DNA from: a virus
DNA: 64,000 bases
Direction: 5' to 3' (one strand)
IMG/VR virus record: IMGVR_UViG_3300037423_001065
Coordinates: 34,103-98,102 of that record
In this document: in pieces, positions 1-9,109 of the stretch
Layout of the letters: each line of letters begins with the position of its first letter
Position numbering within the stretch: the stretch's first letter is position 1
The notes under the pieces: model-generated
Told to the model about the DNA's origin: nothing
Seen by the model: the letters and a program-made list of their open reading frames with translations, nothing else
Database searches by the model: none
Made by a program: the position numbers and the translations under genes

Positions 1-1
1 A

Positions 2-757
2 ACCAACACCTTCACCGACCAGGACGACCCGGGCGCCCTCCTCGCCTTCGAGGGGCGCGATACCGTCGTCACCGACGCCGAGCCCGGCCTGGTCAACGAG
101 ACGCCGATCTACTACAAGCCGTTCTACCAGGACGACGCCGGCGCCTGGTCGACCGCGCCGGCCGTGTCCGGCACGCCGCTGGCGACGTACGAGGAGCACA
201 GCACCGACGTGCTGCGCCTGGTGCGCAACCGCCTCGAGGACGGCCTCAAGGTCGAAGTGCAGCGCGGCACGTTCGTGCTCGAGGGCGGCCGCGACGTGAT
301 TGCCGTCTACTCGGCGCCGCCGGCCGCAGGCGCCGTGGACCTGCCCGTCGTCACCGTGCACCTGGCGAGCGAGCGCGCCGAGGCGAGCGCGATGGGCGAG
401 CTGATCGTGCCCGACACCCTGCTGCCTGGCGGCGACTGGCTCGAGCACGAGGGCCGCGAGGCCGACGTGCAGCTCGAGATTGTCGGCTGGTGCCTGAACC
501 CGGACGAGCGCATTGCGATGCGCCAGGCCATCCGGCGCCTGCTCATGGCGAACCTGGGCGTGTTCGCGGCCGCCGGCATGAACGAGGTCGCCTTCCAATT
601 CCAGGACCTGGACGCCATCAACGGCGAGTACGCGGCCAACGTCTACCAGGCGATGTGCACGCTCACCTGCAAGGCGCCCGTCGTTGTCATCAACCGTGTC
701 ACCCCGATCGCGGACGTGCAAATCACGTTCTCCGCGGAAGAAATCCCCACCCATTAA
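2..757 (+). CDS. Neck/tail-completion (terminator-like) protein, 5' truncated
   Basis: Frame open from window start; lies just upstream of the sheath; function inferred from position. Confidence 0.6.
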   Translation, partial: TNTFTDQDDPGALLAFEGRDTVVTDAEPGLVNETPIYYKPFYQDDAGAWSTAPAVSGTPLATYEEHSTDVLRLVRNRLEDGLKVEVQRGTFVLEGGRDVIAVYSAPPAAGAVDLPVVTVHLASERAEASAMGELIVPDTLLPGGDWLEHEGREADVQLEIVGWCLNPDERIAMRQAIRRLLMANLGVFAAAGMNEVAFQFQDLDAINGEYAANVYQAMCTLTCKAPVVVINRVTPIADVQITFSAEEIPTH

Positions 758-769
758 CCGGAGCCCACC

Positions 770-1018
770 ATGGGAAAGACCAACCAACAAACCGAGACGA
801 CGACCAACGAGACCGCGGCCGCCGCGCCTGCTGCTGCCGCCGCCGCGCCGTCCGAGGAGGTCACGCTCGAGGAGTTCTGCATCCGCCTGTCCAAGTCGGA
901 CAAGCGCGTGGAGATGATCGGCGGTTTCAACGCCTCCGAGACGGCCGCCGGCCACGTGAAGGACACCGAGGCGAGTTTCCGCGCCCGGTACGACCAGTTC
1001 TGCAACAAACCCGCTTAA
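770..1018 (+). CDS. Small hypothetical protein upstream of sheath (82 aa)
   Basis: GGAG RBS, ATG start, phage-like codon usage. Confidence 0.75.
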   Translation: MGKTNQQTETTTNETAAAAPAAAAAAPSEEVTLEEFCIRLSKSDKRVEMIGGFNASETAAGHVKDTEASFRARYDQFCNKPA

Positions 1019-1033
1019 CCAGAGGAGTCCACC

Positions 1034-2749
1034 ATGGGCGTTTTCTTCGGGGGCCGACTCATCACCTCGCCGGCGGTCGCGTCGGTGGTGGATGACTCCG
1101 GTCTCGCCAACAAGAACCTGACCGTCGGCAACGTCGTTGCCTTGATCGGTCGCTCCGCGGGCGGCCAGCCCAAAACGGCGCTGCGATTCGGCACGCCCGA
1201 CCAGGCGAAAGCTGCGCTCATCTCGGGCGAGCTGCTGGACGCCGTGCTCAAGGCATTCGACCCGAGCGCGCAGACCGGCTCGCCGTCGGAAGTCGTCGCC
1301 GTGCGCGTCAACCCGGCGCTGCAATCGGCGCTCACCCTGGTGGACGGCTCGAGCGCGAACGCGATCGACCTCAAGTCCACCGACTACGGCCTGGTCGCCA
1401 ACTCGATCAAGGTCAAGGTCGAGGCCGCGACGAACCTGGGCAAGAAGCTGACGGTGCAGCGCGGCAACGCGTACTACACCGCCGACGACGTGTATCGCAA
1501 GGCCATGTCCGTGCGCTACACCGGCGCCCAGGCGACGGCGACCATGACCATCACGGGCAACGCGATCACGCTGCAGGCGCCGGCCGGCAACACCGTGGCG
1601 ACCGTGGACATGACGGTGTACGACAGCATCCAGGAGGTGGTGGATTACATCAACTCCGTGACCGGCTTCACCGCCGCGGTGCTCGACGGAAACGGCGAAA
1701 AGACCGCCCTGGCCGGCCTGGACTTCGTCACCAACGTGGACGTGAAGTCGGCGCTCTACACGGTGCGCGCGGACCTCCAGGCGTGCATCGACTGGATCAA
1801 CGGCAGTGCCGAGGGCTTCCTGGACGCGACGCGCGCCACGGGCGCCGGCGCACCGCCCGCGAACATCGGGTTCACGTACCTGTCCGGCGGCACCGACGGC
1901 AACGTCACGAACAACGACTGGTCGGACTGCTACACGGCCCTCCAGCAGGAGGACGTGCAGTGGGTCGTGCCGATCAGCGGCGACCCGTCCATCCACGCGA
2001 TGAACGACTCGCACTGCTCGTTCATGTCGACGGTGGGCCAGATGGAGCGCCGCGGCATCGTGGGCACGGCGATCGGCACCAGCGACGCGGCCGCGATCAC
2101 CGCGGCCCTGGCGCTGAACAGCGACCGCACGTCGCTCGTGCACATCGGCTACTACGACTACAACAGCGACGGCAAGCTGACGCTGTACGCGCCGTACATG
2201 ACGGCCGCCCTGCTCGCCGGCGCCTTCGCCAGCGTGAACCCGGGCACGCCGCTGACGAACAAGACGATCAAGGTCCGCGGCCTGGAGCGCTACCTGCGCA
2301 ACCCGACCGACACCGACCAGCTCATCAAGGGCGGCGTCCTGTGCGTCGAGCGCACCAAGAAGGGCTACAAGGTCGTCCAGTCGATCACGACCTGGCTGGC
2401 GAACGACAACTACAACCGCGTCGAGGTCAGCACCGGCGTGGCGGTGGACTTCGTTGCGCGCAACGTGCGCGACGTGCTGGACGACCTGCGCGGCATGAAG
2501 GGCACGCCCATCCTGCTCACGCAAGCGGTCAGCCGCGTCGACTCGACCCTCGCCGAGCTCGCGCGCGCCGAGCCCCAGGGCCCGGGCGTGATCACCGGGG
2601 ACAAGGCCAACCCGGCGTACAAGAACATCCAGGCGACGCTGGACGGCGACGTGCTGCGCGTGCAGTTCGAATGCCACCCGGTCATCGGCGTGAACTACGT
2701 CCTGGTCTCCATCTTCGCGACTGCCTTCTCGGGCAGCGCGTCCGCCTAA
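1034..2749 (+). CDS. Contractile tail sheath protein (571 aa)
   Basis: GAGGAG RBS; size; LSGGTDG motif; C-terminal GGVLCVE...VVQSITT...YNRVEVS; precedes tube gene. Confidence 0.92.
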   Translation: MGVFFGGRLITSPAVASVVDDSGLANKNLTVGNVVALIGRSAGGQPKTALRFGTPDQAKAALISGELLDAVLKAFDPSAQTGSPSEVVAVRVNPALQSALTLVDGSSANAIDLKSTDYGLVANSIKVKVEAATNLGKKLTVQRGNAYYTADDVYRKAMSVRYTGAQATATMTITGNAITLQAPAGNTVATVDMTVYDSIQEVVDYINSVTGFTAAVLDGNGEKTALAGLDFVTNVDVKSALYTVRADLQACIDWINGSAEGFLDATRATGAGAPPANIGFTYLSGGTDGNVTNNDWSDCYTALQQEDVQWVVPISGDPSIHAMNDSHCSFMSTVGQMERRGIVGTAIGTSDAAAITAALALNSDRTSLVHIGYYDYNSDGKLTLYAPYMTAALLAGAFASVNPGTPLTNKTIKVRGLERYLRNPTDTDQLIKGGVLCVERTKKGYKVVQSITTWLANDNYNRVEVSTGVAVDFVARNVRDVLDDLRGMKGTPILLTQAVSRVDSTLAELARAEPQGPGVITGDKANPAYKNIQATLDGDVLRVQFECHPVIGVNYVLVSIFATAFSGSASA

Positions 2750-2765
2750 CCGGAGGTAGTTCAAC

Positions 2766-3191
2766 ATGGCGACGCAGAACCTCAAGACCCGCTCGGGTAA
2801 CCGCATCATCGTGACGTTCGACGGCAAGCAAATCGGGCTTGTCCAGAACGTGCGCATGAACGACGACTACGCTCCGGAGCCAGCCTCCGGCGTGGGCGAC
2901 ATTCACGTGCAGGAGTACGTCCCGACGATGGCCCGCCACAGCATCACGGTGCAGACCATGGTGCTGAACAAGGGCAACATGCGCGACGTGGGCATCGCGA
3001 CCGAGAACGGCGACGGCATGCTCCAGGGCATGGTTTTCGACATCGAGGTGTACTCGAAGGACGACAACACGCTCCTGCGCAAGTACAAGGGCTGCTCGTA
3101 CGCGAGCGGCGACGTGGAAGTGCAGAAGCACGCCATCGTGATGGCCTCGGCGCAGTTCAATGCGCTGGACGTGGTCAACACGAGCATCTAA
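2766..3191 (+). CDS. Tail tube protein (141 aa)
   Basis: GGAGG RBS; follows sheath; beta-rich IGLVQNV...GVGDIHVQEYVP...YKGC pattern. Confidence 0.85.
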   Translation: MATQNLKTRSGNRIIVTFDGKQIGLVQNVRMNDDYAPEPASGVGDIHVQEYVPTMARHSITVQTMVLNKGNMRDVGIATENGDGMLQGMVFDIEVYSKDDNTLLRKYKGCSYASGDVEVQKHAIVMASAQFNALDVVNTSI

Positions 3192-3209
3192 GCCTGGCGC
3201 GACCAGACC

Positions 3210-3238
3210 AGGGCCGCCCTTCCCCGGCGGCCCTTTTT
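3210..3238 (+). terminator. Intrinsic terminator/attenuator after tube gene
   Basis: AGGGCCGCC-loop-GGCGGCCCT stem followed by T-run. Confidence 0.75.
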
Positions 3239-3258
3239 CCTTAAACCCCGGAGTTCCC

Positions 3259-3612
3259 ATGCACGCAGCAAGCCCTACCGACTTTCCCGTCGAAGTGCCC
3301 GGCGTCGGCGCCTTCATGTTCGCCAAGCGAATGATGGCCGACCATCTCAAGATCAACGTCGAGTACTCGCGCCTCACCGAAGGCGTCGAGCCGACGCCCT
3401 GGCTCGACACGATCGCGACGTGCATCGCCGTGATCAAGACCCTGGCCGTCCGCGTCCCCGACGACTGGGACATTGACGCCATGGACCCGCTGGACGAGGA
3501 GACCTACAACAAGCTGCTCAAGGTGCACGGTGCGCTGCGAGCGAAGGAGGACTCCTTTCGAGGCAAACCGAAAGCGCCTGTCGAAGGAGGCGGGCAAGCG
3601 CCGAGCGTCTAG
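3259..3612 (+). CDS. Tail assembly chaperone (gpG-like, 117 aa)
   Basis: GGAG RBS before ATG 3259; between tube and tape measure. Confidence 0.8.
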   Translation: MHAASPTDFPVEVPGVGAFMFAKRMMADHLKINVEYSRLTEGVEPTPWLDTIATCIAVIKTLAVRVPDDWDIDAMDPLDEETYNKLLKVHGALRAKEDSFRGKPKAPVEGGGQAPSV

Positions 3613-3826
3613 CCTGGAGTTCTGGTACCGCGCCAAGTACAACCTCACCGCGACCGACCCGCGGTTCCTGGCGGCCACGATCGAGGAGATGGCCGCCGAC
3701 TACTGGGCGTGGTTCTTCAAGGAGAACCCCAAGGCGACGATCGAGGACGAGGACGAGGACTTTAACCTTGACGAGGTCCTGAAACAGATGGAGGAGAACC
3801 CGGAGGACTGGGTGACCCTCACGTAG
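3560..3826 (+). CDS. Tail assembly chaperone frameshift extension (gpGT-like, +1 frame)
   Basis: Protein-like +1 frame (LEFWYRAKY...DEDFNLDEVL) without a well-spaced own start; TCC TTT CGA at 3553-3561. Confidence 0.7.
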   Translation, partial: EANRKRLSKEAGKRRASSLEFWYRAKYNLTATDPRFLAATIEEMAADYWAWFFKENPKATIEDEDEDFNLDEVLKQMEENPEDWVTLT

Positions 3827-3841
3827 ACGGGACAACATAAT
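3826..3841 (+). promoter_or_regulatory. Variant late-promoter motif before tape measure gene
   Basis: GACGGGAC-aa-CATAAT (6/8 match plus strong -10). Confidence 0.5.
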
Positions 3842-3850
3842 CGAGCGACC

Positions 3851-6739
3851 ATGGCCGGTATCAAAATCCCAGTAGAGGCAGCGTTCGACAAGGGCGATGC
3901 CGACCGTGTCGTAAACGACTTCGCCGAGCAATTCAACAAGCTCGGCGCCGCGATCGCCCAGGCGAACAAGCAGCGCTTCAACCCGATCGACCGCGCGTCG
4001 ATCGAGGACTTGAAGCGGCTCCAGGCCGGGTTCGAAAGCCTCAAGCGCGTGTCGGGCGACATGCGCAAGCGCCTCAAGGCCACCGGCCAGGCCGACAAGC
4101 CGTTCTTCGATGTGGACTGGCGCCAGATGTACCCGGACGAGCACTCTCGCAACCGGCAGATGCAGAAGGCGTTCGACTACGTCACCGGTGGCGGCCGCTT
4201 CCAGGCGCCGGCGCCTCCCCCGACCCCCGCGCCTGGCGGCCGGCCCGCGTCGCCCCCTCCTGGCCCGCCCGCGCCTCCTGCGCCCGGTGGTGGTGGCGGC
4301 GGCGGCGGCGGCGGTGGTGGTGGTGGTGGCGGCCAAATGCGCAACATCCTGGGCGCCGGCCTCAACGCCATGGGGCCAGTCGGCCAGGTCGCGAACGCCG
4401 GCCTCTCCGCCGGCATGTCCGCGGGCCTGGGCGCCGGCATCGGTGCCGCCGTCGGCATGGCGGCGATCAAGGTCATCGGCGCGATCGCGAACAAGATCGC
4501 CGCCGCGCAGCAAGAGTTCATCGGCTATGACACCCTCAAGCGCCAGCTCGGCGACGTGGGGGTCAGCTTCGAGACGTTGAAGGAGTCGCTGCGCGAGGCG
4601 TCGCGCGGCCTCGACATGACGTTCGAGGAGGGCCAGAAGCTCGGCTCGCAATTCGCGAAGCTGTCGGGCATGACCGCGGACCAGTACAAGACCCTGGCCG
4701 AGGAGGTCAACACGGCCGGCGGCTTCGGTCGCTCGTTCGGCATGGACCCGGCGCAGAGCACGCAGTTCTTCGCCCAGATGCGGCTTTTCCAGGTCACGCA
4801 GTCCCAGGAGGACAGCCGGCGCCTGGCGCTCGTGATCGGCGAAAGCCTCGCCAAGTCGAAGTCCTTCGCGAAGGCCGACGAGGTGCTGGAGGCGATCGCC
4901 GGATTCACCGCGCAGCAAACCCGCATCGGCATGAACGCGGCGAACGCCGAGGGCTATACGAGCTTCTACACCGGCATGGTGGGCTCGCGCATCCCGGGCA
5001 TGGACCCCGCGAGCGCCGCGGCGCTGCTCGGGCGCGCCAACTCGACGTTCGCCAGCGGCGGCGGCGCCGGCGAAGCGGGCCAGAACTTCATCTACCAGGC
5101 GATCGGCGGCCAGCTTGGCCTGGACCCCATCCAGACTGCGCTGCTGCGCGAGCAGGGCCTGTTCGGCACCGGCCGCGGCACCTTCGGCGACAAGTCCACC
5201 TTCGGCCAGTTCGCCAAGAAAAACGGCCTTGATACGCCTGGCGCCGCGGGCTCCGACGCGACCAACCTCGAGCTGATCATGCAGCAACTGAATCGGGTCT
5301 ACAGCCGACCCGACCAGGCGATGCTCAGGGTCAACGCCATGTCGAACCTGTTCGGCGTGAACAACAGCCAGGCCATGGCCCTGTCGATGGTGGAGCCGGC
5401 GCAGCTTGGCGGCATCGGGAAGCGGCTGAAAAAGCTCGGCATCAACCTGAACGACGTAGACGCGACCGGCATTTCTCGCCTCTCGCAAATCGAAGCCGAC
5501 GGCTCGCTATCCGACAAGGAGAAGGACGCCCAGACGCGCGAGGCGGCGAAGCAGCACCAGGAGCAAACCGAGGGCTCGCGCACGCGCGCGACGATCAACG
5601 GCGTGGAGCGCGCCGTGCAGGACCTGGCCGGCAAGTCGGTACCTCTGCTCAACGACATGCGCGCCGGCATTATGTTCCTGGCCGGCGAGCGCAACGGGAT
5701 GAGCTCGCGCCAAATCAAGGAGCGGGTCGCCGAGCTCGACGCGAACGACCGCATCGGGCAAATCAACAAGGACTTCGAGGCCAAGCTGCCGGCCGCGCGC
5801 ACCGACATTGAAAAGGCCGAGGCCGAGTACAACAAGGCGTTCGAGGAGCATCGCACCAAGGGCCCGAAGATGACGCCCGAGGAGCGCGCGGCGTCCGAGA
5901 AGCACCTGGGCGAGCTGCGCGACAAGCGCGATCGCGCGAAGCAGCGCATCCCGCAGATGCGCGCCGAGGCCGACGCGAAGATCGAGGACGAGCGCCGCGC
6001 GCTCAAACAGGAAATCGCCGCCATCCGCACGCCGGTGTCCGACAACCGCGTGAACATGGAGGACTATGACAAGGGCGGCGTCGGCGGCGGCCGCGGCTCC
6101 GTCAACCCGCCTCTGCTCGGCGACACCGAGAAGCGCTCCAGCGACTCCACGACGCCCTACAAGGTCAGCGCCGCGGACCTGGCGGAGTTCGAGAAAACCG
6201 ACAGCATGATCGGCGCGCCGAAGGGCTTCTCGCGCGCGCAAATCGAGCAGGAGAGCGGATTCGACCCGAACGCGGTCAGCAAGAAGGGCGCGATGGGCTT
6301 CGCCCAGGTCATCCCGTCAACGCTGGCGGCGCTCGAGAAGCGCCTGGGCCGCAAGCTGGACCCTTCGAACATGCAGGACGCCATCATCATCCAGCGCGAG
6401 CTGATGGTCGAGAACACCCGGCATTTCGGCGGCGACTGGCGCAAGGGCGCCATGGCGTACAACTCCGGCTGGGACCCTTCGAAGTGGGGTAACGCCGAGA
6501 CCGCGACGTACCTGCCGTCGATCGAGGCGCGCATGGGCAAGGCCGGCACGACGACCGACTCCATCACGCCGCTGCCGCGGTCGGCGTCGGAGACCGAGCA
6601 GGCTCGTGCGCGCGACGAGTTCCGCCGCTTCGAAATCAGCGGAACCTTCCAGTTGAACGGCCCGAACGGCATGCCTGCAGCGCCGCCCGTGCAGGCGATC
6701 GCCACGGCGCGCGGCGCGGCGCGTCCGACGGGGACCTGA
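3851..6739 (+). CDS. Tape measure protein with C-terminal lytic transglycosylase (SLT) domain (962 aa)
   Basis: Position after chaperones; Ala/Gly-rich helical sequence; IEQESGFDPNAVSKKGAMGFAQV...AYNSG SLT motifs. Confidence 0.88.
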   Translation: MAGIKIPVEAAFDKGDADRVVNDFAEQFNKLGAAIAQANKQRFNPIDRASIEDLKRLQAGFESLKRVSGDMRKRLKATGQADKPFFDVDWRQMYPDEHSRNRQMQKAFDYVTGGGRFQAPAPPPTPAPGGRPASPPPGPPAPPAPGGGGGGGGGGGGGGGGQMRNILGAGLNAMGPVGQVANAGLSAGMSAGLGAGIGAAVGMAAIKVIGAIANKIAAAQQEFIGYDTLKRQLGDVGVSFETLKESLREASRGLDMTFEEGQKLGSQFAKLSGMTADQYKTLAEEVNTAGGFGRSFGMDPAQSTQFFAQMRLFQVTQSQEDSRRLALVIGESLAKSKSFAKADEVLEAIAGFTAQQTRIGMNAANAEGYTSFYTGMVGSRIPGMDPASAAALLGRANSTFASGGGAGEAGQNFIYQAIGGQLGLDPIQTALLREQGLFGTGRGTFGDKSTFGQFAKKNGLDTPGAAGSDATNLELIMQQLNRVYSRPDQAMLRVNAMSNLFGVNNSQAMALSMVEPAQLGGIGKRLKKLGINLNDVDATGISRLSQIEADGSLSDKEKDAQTREAAKQHQEQTEGSRTRATINGVERAVQDLAGKSVPLLNDMRAGIMFLAGERNGMSSRQIKERVAELDANDRIGQINKDFEAKLPAARTDIEKAEAEYNKAFEEHRTKGPKMTPEERAASEKHLGELRDKRDRAKQRIPQMRAEADAKIEDERRALKQEIAAIRTPVSDNRVNMEDYDKGGVGGGRGSVNPPLLGDTEKRSSDSTTPYKVSAADLAEFEKTDSMIGAPKGFSRAQIEQESGFDPNAVSKKGAMGFAQVIPSTLAALEKRLGRKLDPSNMQDAIIIQRELMVENTRHFGGDWRKGAMAYNSGWDPSKWGNAETATYLPSIEARMGKAGTTTDSITPLPRSASETEQARARDEFRRFEISGTFQLNGPNGMPAAPPVQAIATARGAARPTGT
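4286..4333 (+). repeat. GGT/GGC trinucleotide tract encoding Gly16 after a Pro-rich linker
   Basis: Read directly from sequence. Confidence 0.9.
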
Positions 6740-6740
6740 G

Positions 6741-8231
6741 ATGCGCGTCCCCGTCTATCAGCCTGGCATCCAGGTGAAGCTGTTCAAGACCATCAAGCGC
6801 ACGCTCCTGGACGATGGCACGACGCCCACCTCGAGCCGCTTCCAGAACATGGGCGACTCGATCGACCTGGTGCCATACCTGGGCGAAGGCGGCAGCGTGC
6901 GCACGACGAAATCCGTGCGCGACGCCGCCGGCGGCTTCTCGATCACGATGACGGACCGGCCGTTTCACGACGGCTCGAACACCCTGGCGGGCTCCAACTT
7001 CGAGACCATGTACGGCCTCATCGAGCCCATGGACTTCATTGAAATCCGGATGCGCCATGACCCGGTAGCGGCCGGATCGAAGCCGCCGATCGTGATGCGC
7101 GGATTCGTCTCGGACGTGCAGCGCAACGAGGCGATGGGAGCTGACGGGCGCCCCATGCGAACGGTCGTCATCAACGGCCAGGACTACGGCAAGCTGTGGC
7201 AGCAAATGCGCATCATCTACTGGCCCGGCTACGTGCTCGGCCAGGACGTGCTGTCCAACTTCAAGCTGTTCACCCGGTTCGGCGTCGGCTTCAAGACCGT
7301 GCAGAAGGGTACCGACTTCGTGCGCGAGGTCATCTCCAAGGTGTTCAATCCGTACCTGACCGAGCTCATGCCGGCGAGCTCGCCGAACCCCAAGGAAATC
7401 CTGGTCGACACCGTCGCCGACGTGCCCGGCGTCGCGTCCGTGACCGGGCCGCAGAACCAGGACGGCACGATTTACGAGCTGCTGCGCCAGTACCTGGACG
7501 TTGGCGTGTGGAACGAGCTGTTCCTCGAGGACCGCGAGGACGGCGTGCACGTCGTCTATCGCACCAACCCGTTCAAGGCGGTCTCCGGCGAGCCGATTCA
7601 GGACGGCTCGACCATCCCGGACCTGATCGACGTTCCGGCATCCGACGTGATCAGCCTGTCGGTCTCGCGCAGCGACGCCAACGTGGCGAACTACTACTGG
7701 GTGCGCGCGCCGCGCTTCGACCTCAATAGCGAGGTGTTCCGCAAACAGTACGCGCTGGGCGCCGACAAGAAAACGCTGATTCTCGACACCTATGACAACG
7801 CCAAGGACTCGCTGTACGGCGTGCGCCTGATGGACACCGAAACCCAGATGGGCGGCGAGGACGTGACCAGCTTCAACAGCGGCCAGGACAAGGACACGAT
7901 CGCGACGCGCGACGTGAGCATGTCCAACTGGGTGAACGATCGCCGGCGCATCCTGGTGGAGCAGAACCGCGACAACGTCGTGCTCGAGCAGGGCTCCATG
8001 CGCATCCGCGGCCGCCCCGACATTCGCGCCGGCAGCTACGTGAACCTCAAGCGGGGCACCTTCTCGGCCGAGTACTACGTGCCCCAGGTCTCGCACGAGT
8101 ACATGCCGATGCAGGGATTCTTTTCGACCGTCTCCCTCGAGCGCGGCACCGGGTTCGTGGAGCGCGCCAAGCGCGACGGCGGAGCATCGACGCCGTACCT
8201 GGCCGAGATGGCGAGCGGAGACACTAAATGA
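6741..8231 (+). CDS. Baseplate hub-like protein (496 aa)
   Basis: Between tape measure and spike; C-terminal GSMRIRGRPDIRAG...YYVPQVSH pattern typical of hub proteins. Confidence 0.7.
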   Translation: MRVPVYQPGIQVKLFKTIKRTLLDDGTTPTSSRFQNMGDSIDLVPYLGEGGSVRTTKSVRDAAGGFSITMTDRPFHDGSNTLAGSNFETMYGLIEPMDFIEIRMRHDPVAAGSKPPIVMRGFVSDVQRNEAMGADGRPMRTVVINGQDYGKLWQQMRIIYWPGYVLGQDVLSNFKLFTRFGVGFKTVQKGTDFVREVISKVFNPYLTELMPASSPNPKEILVDTVADVPGVASVTGPQNQDGTIYELLRQYLDVGVWNELFLEDREDGVHVVYRTNPFKAVSGEPIQDGSTIPDLIDVPASDVISLSVSRSDANVANYYWVRAPRFDLNSEVFRKQYALGADKKTLILDTYDNAKDSLYGVRLMDTETQMGGEDVTSFNSGQDKDTIATRDVSMSNWVNDRRRILVEQNRDNVVLEQGSMRIRGRPDIRAGSYVNLKRGTFSAEYYVPQVSHEYMPMQGFFSTVSLERGTGFVERAKRDGGASTPYLAEMASGDTK

Positions 8232-9094
8232 GCCTGCGTCTGGGCCGCGTCGCGGCAGTTCACCCCGAAGATCACAGCGTCGACCTGGTCATGACGGACG
8301 ACGGCTCGCGCCTGGCCGGCGTGCAGGTCATGTCCGGCGCGGCGACGACGAACACCGGCAGCAACGACCTGGCGGACATTTCGATTCCATCGAGCGGCGA
8401 CCCGTGGGACCTCACGACGCAAACCGACCGCGACGCGATGGCCGTCGTCGGTTTCTTCGGCCGGCACCCGATCGTGCTGGGCTTCCTGTTCCCGCAGGTG
8501 TGCCAGATGACGTTCGATCGCAAGAACTTCTCCGTCCACCGTCACCCGTCCGACGTGTACGTGGCGATCGACAACGACGGCAACACCGAGGTCTACCACC
8601 CCAGCGGCACCTTCCTGCGCATCGGCGCGTCGCCGGCGCACGAGGACCTGACCGGCAAGGACGTGGACGGCGAGTGGAAGATCGCCAAGAACACCGACTC
8701 GGCACCCTATGTGCACCTGGTCACGGCCGCCGCCGGCGCCGTCAAGGCGGACCTCCAGATTGACCCTGCCGGCAACATCAGCCTGGACCACGTCGGCAAC
8801 CTCACGTCGCACACCGCCGGCAACGCCGCCGTGACCGTCGACGGGACCACGACCGTGACCTCCGGCGGCAATGCGCACGTCACGGCGCCCCAGCTCCTGG
8901 TCACGTGTCCGGATACCACGTTCACAGGGCACGTCGCCATCCAGGGCGGCCTGGCCGTCTCCGGCGGCGAAGGCGCGGCCGTCTCCGGCAACCTGGCGGC
9001 GACCGGCGGCAGCTTCACGCACAACAGCGTGAACGTCGGCTCGACGCACCATCACTCTGACCCGCAAGGCGGAAACACCGGCGGCCCGTCGTGA
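8228..9094 (+). CDS. Baseplate spike (gpV-like, 288 aa)
   Basis: N-terminal OB-like GRVAAVHP; beta-helix repeats; C-terminal THHHS...TGGP metal-binding tip. Confidence 0.88.
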   Translation: MSLRLGRVAAVHPEDHSVDLVMTDDGSRLAGVQVMSGAATTNTGSNDLADISIPSSGDPWDLTTQTDRDAMAVVGFFGRHPIVLGFLFPQVCQMTFDRKNFSVHRHPSDVYVAIDNDGNTEVYHPSGTFLRIGASPAHEDLTGKDVDGEWKIAKNTDSAPYVHLVTAAAGAVKADLQIDPAGNISLDHVGNLTSHTAGNAAVTVDGTTTVTSGGNAHVTAPQLLVTCPDTTFTGHVAIQGGLAVSGGEGAAVSGNLAATGGSFTHNSVNVGSTHHHSDPQGGNTGGPS

Positions 9095-9103
9095 CCTTAC
9101 GCT
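9088..9103 (+). promoter_or_regulatory. Late-promoter motif; leaderless start at 9110
   Basis: GTCGTGAC-ct-TACGCT-6 nt-ATG. Confidence 0.75.
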
Positions 9104-9109
9104 GAGGGC

